Of a stretch of DNA of 52,423 bases, positions 25,380 through 32,264 are shown one piece after another. Position numbers and translations under genes: made by a program. The DNA comes from a virus. The notes under the pieces were generated by a model, which did not search any database, had not been told where the DNA came from, and worked only from the letters and a program-made list of their open reading frames with translations. Location of the stretch: the IMG/VR virus record IMGVR_UViG_3300045988_112931, positions 1-52,423 of that record; one strand, given 5' to 3'. Every line of letters starts with the position of its first letter. The first letter of the stretch is position 1.

Positions 25380-25568
25380 TTAAGCGTTAATACCTATTGC
25401 CTTTCTTACGAAGTCACCAGCCTGTTCTACTGACATATTCAGCTTCTTCTGAATCAAGATAATCATACAGGCTACTTGTTCTTGTGTATCTAAGTTACCT
25501 TGTGCAAATTCTGACATGATGAACTTTTCTATTGTTCTCTGTTTAATTACTGATGTTGCCATAATCAT
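25380..25568 (-). CDS. Hypothetical small protein
   Basis: 62-aa ORF in the early leftward operon. Confidence 0.45.
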   Translation of the reverse strand: MIMATSVIKQRTIEKFIMSEFAQGNLDTQEQVACMIILIQKKLNMSVEQAGDFVRKAIGINA

Positions 25569-25598
25569 ATATCTTTTAATTGTTATTACTATCTGTTC

Positions 25599-25739
25599 TC
25601 AAGCTATGCAAGTCCAATAATCAACTATATACTGAATAGCCTCGTCTTTGTAGTCTACATTGTAGAGCTTACAGGCTTCTGCCTCACTCATGGCGGCTAA
25701 CGCTGCCAGTTCGTTGTTCATGTTATCAATGTTTGTCAT
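25599..25739 (-). CDS. Possible 46-aa first gene of the leftward early operon (not in the ORF track)
   Basis: Hand translation gives MTNIDNMNNELAALAAMSEAEACKLYNVDYKDEAIQYIVDYWTCIA*. It lies about 45 nt downstream of the leftward -7 box. Confidence 0.3.
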   Translation of the reverse strand: MTNIDNMNNELAALAAMSEAEACKLYNVDYKDEAIQYIVDYWTCIA

Positions 25740-25786
25740 AACCTTTATATTTAATTGAATTATCCAAATCGTTTAATTTTACACCG

Positions 25787-25794
25787 CAAATATA
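25787..25794 (-). promoter_or_regulatory. Leftward early promoter -7 box TATATTTG
   Basis: CAAATATA on the + strand, in the divergent intergenic region. Confidence 0.5.
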
Positions 25795-25900
25795 ACAGAT
25801 TGTTTAATTCACAACCAAATCTATTTGTGTAATATATGTTAATAAATAAACTTTCTGTATATTTTTGTCGCATTTCTTATACAGATATGGAAAAATGAGA

Positions 25901-25908
25901 TATTTTTG
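25901..25908 (+). promoter_or_regulatory. Rightward promoter -7 box TATTTTTG for the XRE gene
   Basis: Matches TAnnTTTG, 23 nt upstream of the ATG at 25931. Confidence 0.5.
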
Positions 25909-25930
25909 CACTTAAACAATATGTATAATT

Positions 25931-26206
25931 ATGGATTTAAGAATAAAGGATATTTGTCGAGAGCAAGGTATCATGTTGAAAGACCTTGCAAAGCAACTTG
26001 GATTAACAGAGGTTGGATTGTCTAAGTCTATAAATGGAAATCCGACCATCGGACGTTTAGAAGAAATCGCCAACGCCCTCGGTGTTCCTGTTACAGAGCT
26101 ATTCGATAAGTCTTCTGACGAAGTAGTCGGAGCCGTCCGGATCGGTAAGGATACACATGTGATTAATAGTAAAGATGATATTAAGAAGTTAGCAGATAAA
26201 TTATAA
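25931..26206 (+). CDS. XRE-family HTH transcriptional regulator (CI-like repressor candidate)
   Basis: 91 aa. IKDICREQGIMLKDLAKQLGLTEVGLSKSING is a classic XRE HTH. It is divergent from the early operon. Confidence 0.85.
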   Translation: MDLRIKDICREQGIMLKDLAKQLGLTEVGLSKSINGNPTIGRLEEIANALGVPVTELFDKSSDEVVGAVRIGKDTHVINSKDDIKKLADKL

Positions 26207-26229
26207 ACCTAATAAAATAGGAGGTGATT

Positions 26230-26451
26230 ATGTATAGTGATAGAGGTGAAGGAAAGTGCCCTCATTGTGGCGCGACAATCAAGGTTTCAGAATATAGGAT
26301 GGGAGTTCCTGGAGGTAAAGAACGTGAGGAAGCGGTATGTCCTATATGTAAAACGGTATTGTTTAACGAAGTTACAGATGGTTGGTTTGACGTATCTGTT
26401 ATTTCTACGGAACATTTGGTAGAACCTTATAAAAGCCGATACAATAAATAG
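26230..26451 (+). CDS. Zinc-ribbon protein
   Basis: 73 aa from the ATG at 26230. Two CxxC pairs, CPHCG and CPIC. SD AGGAGG 5 nt upstream. Confidence 0.6.
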   Translation: MYSDRGEGKCPHCGATIKVSEYRMGVPGGKEREEAVCPICKTVLFNEVTDGWFDVSVISTEHLVEPYKSRYNK

Positions 26452-26460
26452 CCATATATT

Positions 26461-26497
26461 AAAGGGGCTGTCCAAAAAGTCGGATAGCCCCTTTTGC
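26461..26497 (+). terminator. Hairpin AAAGGGGCT-(16 nt)-AGCCCCTTT followed by T-rich sequence
   Basis: Read directly. It follows the Zn-ribbon gene. It may also overlap the left end of the IS. Confidence 0.55.
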
Positions 26498-28225
26498 TAT
26501 TGTTTATTTCGGTAAAAAGTATTATCTTACCGTTGCAAAAACCAAACATTATAGCAATGGCTAAGATAGTATTTAAAGAGTTAACATCCAACCAAAATGT
26601 ACTTTTTCCGGTCAGCTTATCGGAAAAGATAGCTCCCAATCATCCCGTTCGTGTTGTAAACAGTGTTGTAGACGCCTTGGATATTAGTTGTCTGCTCTGG
26701 GCATATAAAGGAGGAGGTACCAGCAGCTACCATCCCCGTATGATGCTCAAAGTTCTGTTTTATGCCTACCTGAACAATATCTATTCTTGTCGTAAAATAG
26801 AAAAGGCCTTGCAGGAGAATATTCACTTCATGTGGTTGTCTGGTAATAGTACTCCCGATTTCCGCACGATCAATGATTTCCGTGGTAAACGTTTAAAAGA
26901 ACACATAAAATCGTTGTTTTCAGCCATTGTTCTGCTGTTACAGGAATCCGGCTATGTCAGTTTGGATGTACAGTATATCGATGGTACCAAAGTGGAATCA
27001 GCCTCCAACCGCTACACTTTTGTCTGGCGTGGTAGCGTGGAAAAGAACAAGGTAAAACTGGAGTCGAAAATACAGTCAATCCTTAGTGAAGTTGACAAAC
27101 ATATCGAGCAGGATAAACAGGAAAGGACACCAGATTGCTTACCGGATATGGATTCCTGTGGTTTGCGGGAAAAAGTGAGCGCTTTAAACAAACGGCTCTC
27201 CGGGATGAACAATGCTGAGCAGAAACAAATCAAAAAGTTACAGGAAGAATATCTGCCCCGCCTTGCCAAATACGAATCGCAATTAGAGAAATTAGGGGAT
27301 CGTAATTCTTTCAGTAAGACTGATGAGGATGCGACCTTCATGCGTATGAAAGAGGATCATATGAAAAACGGGCAATTGAAACCCGCCTATAACATACAGA
27401 TTGCCACAGAGAATCAATTTATTACCAATCTGGGAATTTACAGGCGAGCCGGAGATACGGGAACTTTAATTTCTTTTTTGAAAGATTTTCGAGAGACTTA
27501 TCATAGGCAATCCTCTATAGTAGTGGCCGATGCCGGTTATGGAAGTGAACAAAACTACGAGTTTATGGAGAATGCGGGTATAGAGGCTTTTGTCAAGTAC
27601 AATTATTTCCACAAAGAGCAAAAGCGTGCCTGGAAGAAGGATGCTTTTGCCATACAGAACCTTTACTACAACCAGGAAAGGGATTATTACGTATGCCCGA
27701 TGGGACAACATATGGAGTATAAAGGTCAAAAGAAAAGTAAATCCGATTTGGGATATGTATCCATACTGAAGCGTTATCAGGCACAAAATTGTGAGGGGTG
27801 CCCGCTGAAATCTCAATGCCATAAATCAAAGGCCAACCGGATCATAGAAGTTAACTATAACCTTAACAGGTATAAACAAAAAGCACGGGAAAGACTCATG
27901 AGTGAGGAAGGTATTTATCATCGGGGCAGACGATGTATAGAACCGGAAGCTGTCTTTGCACAGATAAAGCATAACTCGGCGTGGAACCGGTTTAGATTAA
28001 GAGGGTTGGAGAAGGTAAAAACAGAATTTACCCTGGTTGCTATTGCACATAATCTCAGGAAACTGGCTAAAAAAGTCAGTTTTCTTTTGTTTTTTACTTA
28101 TTTCTGTAGGATGACTTCTCGAAAAGTAATAATTGAGAAGACCAAAGATATTTTAAATATAAAAATGGATAATAAACGGGCTGCATAACAAAAAAAGAAG
28201 GCTGCCTTTTCAGACACCTTCTTTC
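26466..28225 (+). mobile_element. IS1182-family insertion sequence (boundaries approximate)
   Basis: One long transposase ORF. The hairpin loops at 26470-26485 and 28202-28216 are imperfect reverse complements (about 10/15) and could be the terminal inverted repeats. I could not identify a target-site duplication. Confidence 0.6.
26557..28188 (+). CDS. IS1182-family (IS5-like DDE) transposase
   Basis: 543 aa from MAKIVFKEL. The N-terminus ...HPVRVVNSVVDALD...YHPRMMLKVLFYAYLNNIYSCRKIE is typical of the InsH-N/DUF772 region, and the C-terminal part is DDE-like. Confidence 0.85.
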   Translation: MAKIVFKELTSNQNVLFPVSLSEKIAPNHPVRVVNSVVDALDISCLLWAYKGGGTSSYHPRMMLKVLFYAYLNNIYSCRKIEKALQENIHFMWLSGNSTPDFRTINDFRGKRLKEHIKSLFSAIVLLLQESGYVSLDVQYIDGTKVESASNRYTFVWRGSVEKNKVKLESKIQSILSEVDKHIEQDKQERTPDCLPDMDSCGLREKVSALNKRLSGMNNAEQKQIKKLQEEYLPRLAKYESQLEKLGDRNSFSKTDEDATFMRMKEDHMKNGQLKPAYNIQIATENQFITNLGIYRRAGDTGTLISFLKDFRETYHRQSSIVVADAGYGSEQNYEFMENAGIEAFVKYNYFHKEQKRAWKKDAFAIQNLYYNQERDYYVCPMGQHMEYKGQKKSKSDLGYVSILKRYQAQNCEGCPLKSQCHKSKANRIIEVNYNLNRYKQKARERLMSEEGIYHRGRRCIEPEAVFAQIKHNSAWNRFRLRGLEKVKTEFTLVAIAHNLRKLAKKVSFLLFFTYFCRMTSRKVIIEKTKDILNIKMDNKRAA

Positions 28226-28228
28226 TTT

Positions 28229-28446
28229 GACACAGCTACAACTTTATTCATCAACACTTTACATCATTCACTGACATACCCCAATAAAAAAGCGACACAG
28301 TAAACGACACAGATAAGCACCTGTATTTTAACAATTTACCTTCAATGTTGACACAGCAAACGACACAGAATAGACACAGATAACGCTTTAAAATACAGCC
28401 CATTACACAACAAAGTGACACAAGGTAGACACAGCAAGCGACACAA
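28229..28446 (+). repeat. Iteron-like array of 10 direct copies of GACACA(G/A) with 11-12 bp spacing within clusters
   Basis: Copies start at 28229, 28294, 28306, 28350, 28362, 28373, 28417, 28428 and 28440, plus a degenerate copy at 28273. The array is followed by the AT-only tract aataataataataaatataatata. Confidence 0.85.
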
Positions 28447-28529
28447 ATAATAATAATAAATATAATATACTTCTTTCTTGCGTGTACAAATTTTCAAAGG
28501 ATCTGCTTGGTTGAGTCATACAAAATAAG

Positions 28530-28537
28530 TACTTTTG
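28530..28537 (+). promoter_or_regulatory. -7 box TACTTTTG (TAnnTTTG)
   Basis: It lies 26 nt upstream of the ATG at 28563. Confidence 0.5.
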
Positions 28538-28562
28538 GGAACTTGTTAAACTTATTACTATC

Positions 28563-29648
28563 ATGAGAATATTATTATCACTTTTAATCTTTGTTTTTAC
28601 ACTTGTCTTTTCCATACATGCAGATGTCTCCACCCCATTAGACATTGAATGCTGTATTTCGATCAATAAAAAACTCGACGAACAGACTGACATTCTTAAA
28701 CAGCAATATGAATTAAGTGCAAAAAATAAACAGGTTATAAATAAAATTTATGAGAAAGTAACAGATACTCCAAATGCTGATATGACATATAAAGATTGGC
28801 TTAATATAATAGGCACATTATTTGGATCACTTTTAGGGGCTGGAGTCGCTATATTTGTCTTTAAGAGAGGAATAAAACATGAAAAAGAGAAAGAAGAAGA
28901 GAAAAAAAGATCATTACTTAAAGCCATCGCCCTTACTTTAGATAATATTGAGAAAAAATGTAGAACAAAGGTTCTATATATTAAAGAATATAATGAATCT
29001 GTTCATAAAAGACCGTGGGAACATAGTATTTTAAAAATCAATACCATAGACGAAGCTATTAGGATTAAGAGTTTAAATGTTGATTATGTTTTTGACGCTT
29101 TCTACGAGTTTAAAATCGATGAAAAGTATTACATCAAATTACATCCTCATTTAGATTATATATCTGATCTATTCAAAAGTTTCGATAATGATTACTCAAA
29201 CCATTCACATCAATATATAACCATGCCATCAAATGAAATACTAAAAATAAATGAACAAATACAAAATGAAAGTGTATTTTTAGCAATAGATCTAGAAAAG
29301 AATCAACGATTAACGATATTGGCTAAACCCATTTGGGAAATTATAAACTCCTATAACGAAAAAATCAAGGAAAACAAAACCAATATTGATTTTATAATAA
29401 AAAAATCTATAGATCCCCTTCTTCATTTATATATAAAAAAAGAATATTTAAATATAACATCCATCAGAGATTTTTTGCCCCTTTTGAAGCACTCGAAAGC
29501 TCTATACGATAGTATTTGTGAATACAACATTCTTTTTGCAGATCAAGTACTGTCAAAAAATGAAAGTCTCACAAATTGCGCCAACATATTCCATGAAATA
29601 AAAATGCAAATCAACAAACAGACTGGAAATCAAATTACATTTAATTAA
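28563..29648 (+). CDS. AT-rich membrane-anchored protein of unknown function
   Basis: 361 aa. An N-terminal hydrophobic signal/anchor and a second TM segment (WLNIIGTLFGSLLGAGVAIFVF), then a K/E/N/I-rich domain. Its composition is visibly more AT-rich than the phage core. Confidence 0.65.
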   Translation: MRILLSLLIFVFTLVFSIHADVSTPLDIECCISINKKLDEQTDILKQQYELSAKNKQVINKIYEKVTDTPNADMTYKDWLNIIGTLFGSLLGAGVAIFVFKRGIKHEKEKEEEKKRSLLKAIALTLDNIEKKCRTKVLYIKEYNESVHKRPWEHSILKINTIDEAIRIKSLNVDYVFDAFYEFKIDEKYYIKLHPHLDYISDLFKSFDNDYSNHSHQYITMPSNEILKINEQIQNESVFLAIDLEKNQRLTILAKPIWEIINSYNEKIKENKTNIDFIIKKSIDPLLHLYIKKEYLNITSIRDFLPLLKHSKALYDSICEYNILFADQVLSKNESLTNCANIFHEIKMQINKQTGNQITFN

Positions 29649-29756
29649 AATTAAAACAGGTAGTTCTGATTAACTATTCCCTCATTCTCTATGACTAACC
29701 CTTATTTTACTTGTATATATTTATCCGAAAGCAATACCTTAAACAAACAATAAATA

Positions 29757-29780
29757 AGGCGCACCCAAAACGATGCGCCT
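29757..29780. terminator. Bidirectional terminator hairpin AGGCGCA-(10 nt)-TGCGCCT between convergent genes
   Basis: 7-bp GC-rich stem. There are T-rich runs downstream on both strands (ACTTTTG on +, TATTTATTGTTTG on -). Confidence 0.6.
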
Positions 29781-29831
29781 ACTTTTGTCAATTAGTTCTC
29801 GATTTTATATCAGAGCCTCACGGCTGGAATA

Positions 29832-30236
29832 TCAGAATCTGACAGCTTCCATTCTTTTGAGGATATTATTATACCCCTCTTGGATTATAGCCTTTTGCTT
29901 TTCGGAAGCTGTAACGATCTTTCCTTTGTATTTTCGCATAACGGACTCGTTCAATCCAATTTCCTTTGCAAACTTACTGGCATTTATGAAAGGGAATGCC
30001 TCGAAGAATCCACTCAAATCATAAATATACGAAACAGAATAGCCAGACTTATACCACACAGGAAACTCACCATGTTTCTCTTTGTAATATTCAGCCTGTT
30101 CTTCCAGTACAGACAGGAAATCATCTTTGGCTTCCTGCTCCGTAAGACCGAAACCATACGCGCCGTTCACGTCTTCCGAATAAATAGAAATACCTCCATC
30201 ATTCGCCTTTTCGATAATCGCCTTAATCTTCTTCAT
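29832..30236 (-). CDS. hicB: HicB-family antitoxin (second copy)
   Basis: 134 aa from the ATG at 30236 (MKKIKAIIEKANDGGISIYSED...), with a C-terminal HTH-like region. It is downstream of a hicA-like gene. The leader is GGCACGATTATG. Confidence 0.65.
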   Translation of the reverse strand: MKKIKAIIEKANDGGISIYSEDVNGAYGFGLTEQEAKDDFLSVLEEQAEYYKEKHGEFPVWYKSGYSVSYIYDLSGFFEAFPFINASKFAKEIGLNESVMRKYKGKIVTASEKQKAIIQEGYNNILKRMEAVRF

Positions 30237-30294
30237 AATCGTGCCATTTTTAATTTCGTCAATTAAAGCACCCACCGAAGTGGGTGCAGTCCTT

Positions 30295-30480
30295 TTACTT
30301 CTTTAACCCCGCCTTTTTCATCATACTATCAAGAGTACCGTTTGGAATCTCTTTTGCCGGATGCCTACCGACAGGGATAAAGTAGTCAAAGTCGGGATGA
30401 ACATATTTGTAATGGTTCGTCCCCTTTTTGATTGTCCAGCCTGCTGATTCAATCAATTTGTAAAACTCTGAATACTTCAT
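30295..30480 (-). CDS. hicA: HicA-family toxin (second copy)
   Basis: 61 aa from the ATG at 30480 (MKYSEFYKLIESAGWTIKKGTNHYKYVHP...IPNGTLDSMMKKAGL). The GTG at 30510 in the ORF track overlaps the predicted -7 box. Confidence 0.7.
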   Translation of the reverse strand: MKYSEFYKLIESAGWTIKKGTNHYKYVHPDFDYFIPVGRHPAKEIPNGTLDSMMKKAGLKK

Positions 30481-30509
30481 AAAATCAAAGAACTTTTTAA
30501 TTGACGCCA

Positions 30510-30517
30510 CAAATATA
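30510..30517 (-). promoter_or_regulatory. -7 box TATATTTG for the second hicAB module, preceded by TTTGTGG repeats
   Basis: CAAATATA on the + strand. Three TTTGTGG copies lie at about 30510-30553 on the minus strand. Confidence 0.45.
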
Positions 30518-30597
30518 ACGTTTTTGTTACAACCACAAAAGTAACCACAAAGAAAACAGTAACATATTTGTTGCTTTTAACAATTAACGAAGCCGAC

Positions 30598-31014
30598 CTA
30601 CTTCTCCGGCTTTATCCTTTCCATCATCTCCCCATATATCCAATCCACATCTTGCCGGAAATACTTGTACAGCTGGTAAGAGAAAACCAAGTTATTACGG
30701 TTATTGGATATGGTTGTCTGGGCATTTACACCTAAAACCTCCGCCAGCTTATCTCGAAGGCCATTTTTCATCTTTCCTCCGGCAAGGGTACTCGGAGAAT
30801 ACAAAAACAAGATGATAAAAATGAATTTCTTTCGTTGGGTAACATTCCCTGACCTAAATATCTCCTTTTGAGAAATAATCTCTTGGAACCACCGATATAA
30901 CATTCCTATCATATCAAGGTCCGTCAATATAGGTTCTGTCAGCTCTTTTTCCCTTTCCGATAACTTTGATTTCTGCTCTCTAATTGATTTTATTTCCGCA
31001 ATTTCTGAAAACAT
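30598..31014 (-). CDS. Hypothetical protein
   Basis: 138-aa ORF at the end of the replication operon. Confidence 0.5.
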   Translation of the reverse strand: MFSEIAEIKSIREQKSKLSEREKELTEPILTDLDMIGMLYRWFQEIISQKEIFRSGNVTQRKKFIFIILFLYSPSTLAGGKMKNGLRDKLAEVLGVNAQTTISNNRNNLVFSYQLYKYFRQDVDWIYGEMMERIKPEK

Positions 31015-31110
31015 GGCACAATTATTTAGAAGTAAATAGTATATTTGTACTAAATAATCGTGTGGGGAGGTAACGTTACTGGTGGTTCGGAGCGTTGCCT
31101 CTTGTATTTT

Positions 31111-31515
31111 TTAGAATGGAAGATCTTCTCTTGATTGTTCAGGTTGATAGAGTTTCGATTGTGGACTGGCTTCTTGCTGGGCAAGTCTACTTCCCAATAA
31201 CTCCAGCTTATCAACAAATATTTCTGTCACATACCGCTTTGATCCCGTTCTATCCTCATACTGCCGGGTCTTGATCTTGCCCTCGATATAGATTTGAGAA
31301 CCCTTCCTGACATACTTTTCTACGACCTCGGCCAGACCTTTCCAAAAGATAAGACTATGCCATTCCGTGCGGTCTGGAACCTGGATCCCGTTTTGAAGGG
31401 TATAGCCTTTCTCCGTTGTAGCAAGCGATAGATTGGCGACCTTTGTCCCGGCAACTTCTTTCACTTCAGGGTCCTTTCCAGCATAACCGAGAAGGATTAC
31501 TTTATTTATGCTCAT
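31111..31515 (-). CDS. ssb: Single-stranded DNA-binding protein
   Basis: 134 aa. OB-fold pattern INKVILLGYAGKDPEV...TEWHSLIFWKGLAEVV...IYIEGKIKTRQYED and an acidic C-terminal tip DLPF. Confidence 0.9.
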   Translation of the reverse strand: MSINKVILLGYAGKDPEVKEVAGTKVANLSLATTEKGYTLQNGIQVPDRTEWHSLIFWKGLAEVVEKYVRKGSQIYIEGKIKTRQYEDRTGSKRYVTEIFVDKLELLGSRLAQQEASPQSKLYQPEQSREDLPF

Positions 31516-31772
31516 TCTTCATTCTTTTTTTGTTTTGCAAATTCTATAACATATTCAACGCCGGCATGAAATCCTTTCTTATAGCCATCTTTGTATTGGT
31601 TATTTGAGATTCCATAGTAGTACGCTGATCCGATACACAGGGTAAGCCCTATGGCGGTCAATACAATTCCTAATCCGAAATATGGATAAGTAATGTCTAT
31701 ACGAAATGGTTTGAGCTGAAAGATATTCCAGATGTCATGACAAATAGCATCAAAAGCGATATTATCGCCCAT
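31512..31772 (-). CDS. Small membrane protein (2 TM)
   Basis: 86 aa with the hydrophobic segment FGLGIVLTAIGLTLCIGSAYYY. Confidence 0.5.
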   Translation of the reverse strand: MGDNIAFDAICHDIWNIFQLKPFRIDITYPYFGLGIVLTAIGLTLCIGSAYYYGISNNQYKDGYKKGFHAGVEYVIEFAKQKKNEE

Positions 31773-31785
31773 ATTAAAGCCTTAA

Positions 31786-32262
31786 TCATTTCGTGCCTCC
31801 TTTCAGTAGTTCTGGGTTGTCGTATATGTTACCAACGACTTCATAATCAAAATTATCAATAATACCATTATCTATATCTTTTTGCTTAGGCATCCGAGTT
31901 ATAAACTCCTCCCCAAAGCGTATTTCTGGACACATTTTTATAACTCCCGTTTGAGATTCAACCCATCTTTTTGTCTCATGTTGTTCCTTTATGTGAGGCA
32001 TATATTGTTCAGGATAGAAATCACTTTTTATAATTTTTCTTTTAACAATATCCCCCTCATATACTTCTTGTCCATTTTTGTCATACAAGCCCGTGAACTG
32101 GCCAACGGTTTGTTTATCAACGCACCAATCATCCATCTTAGATGAATTTTCTTTTCGTTGAGAAAGTATGTTGTACTCCCCATCAGGATAAACAATAAGA
32201 GACCCATAAACCCATTCGGTTGATTTAGTTATACGCCCTCTGAATTTGATTTTCCGGTTCAT
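31786..32262 (-). CDS. YopX-family protein
   Basis: IKFRGR...WVYG...VGQFTGLYDKNGQEVYEGDIV...VVGNIYDNPELL matches the YopX pattern. Confidence 0.75.
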   Translation of the reverse strand: MNRKIKFRGRITKSTEWVYGSLIVYPDGEYNILSQRKENSSKMDDWCVDKQTVGQFTGLYDKNGQEVYEGDIVKRKIIKSDFYPEQYMPHIKEQHETKRWVESQTGVIKMCPEIRFGEEFITRMPKQKDIDNGIIDNFDYEVVGNIYDNPELLKGGTK

Positions 32263-32264
32263 AA

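Noticed and set aside
28229-28446. Could the GACACAG repeats be a CRISPR array?
   Set aside because: The repeat unit is only 7-12 bp with 11-12 bp periodicity. There are no spacers of 25-40 bp and no cas genes. The pattern fits iterons or operators, not CRISPR.
28403-28693. 96-aa minus-strand ORF
   Set aside because: It runs through the iteron array and the promoter and 5' end of the + strand gene 28563..29648. Its sequence is repeat-derived (SVCSSSF...). Similar artefacts are 41020..41247 (over the structured RNA), 19436..19627 (over a terminator and promoter) and 80..274.
31040-31047. TATATTTG box on the + strand, pointing antisense into ssb
   Set aside because: It matches the -7 consensus, but there is no + strand ORF or obvious RNA downstream. 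Such an octamer is expected by chance in AT-rich intergenic DNA. It is noted only as a possible antisense promoter.
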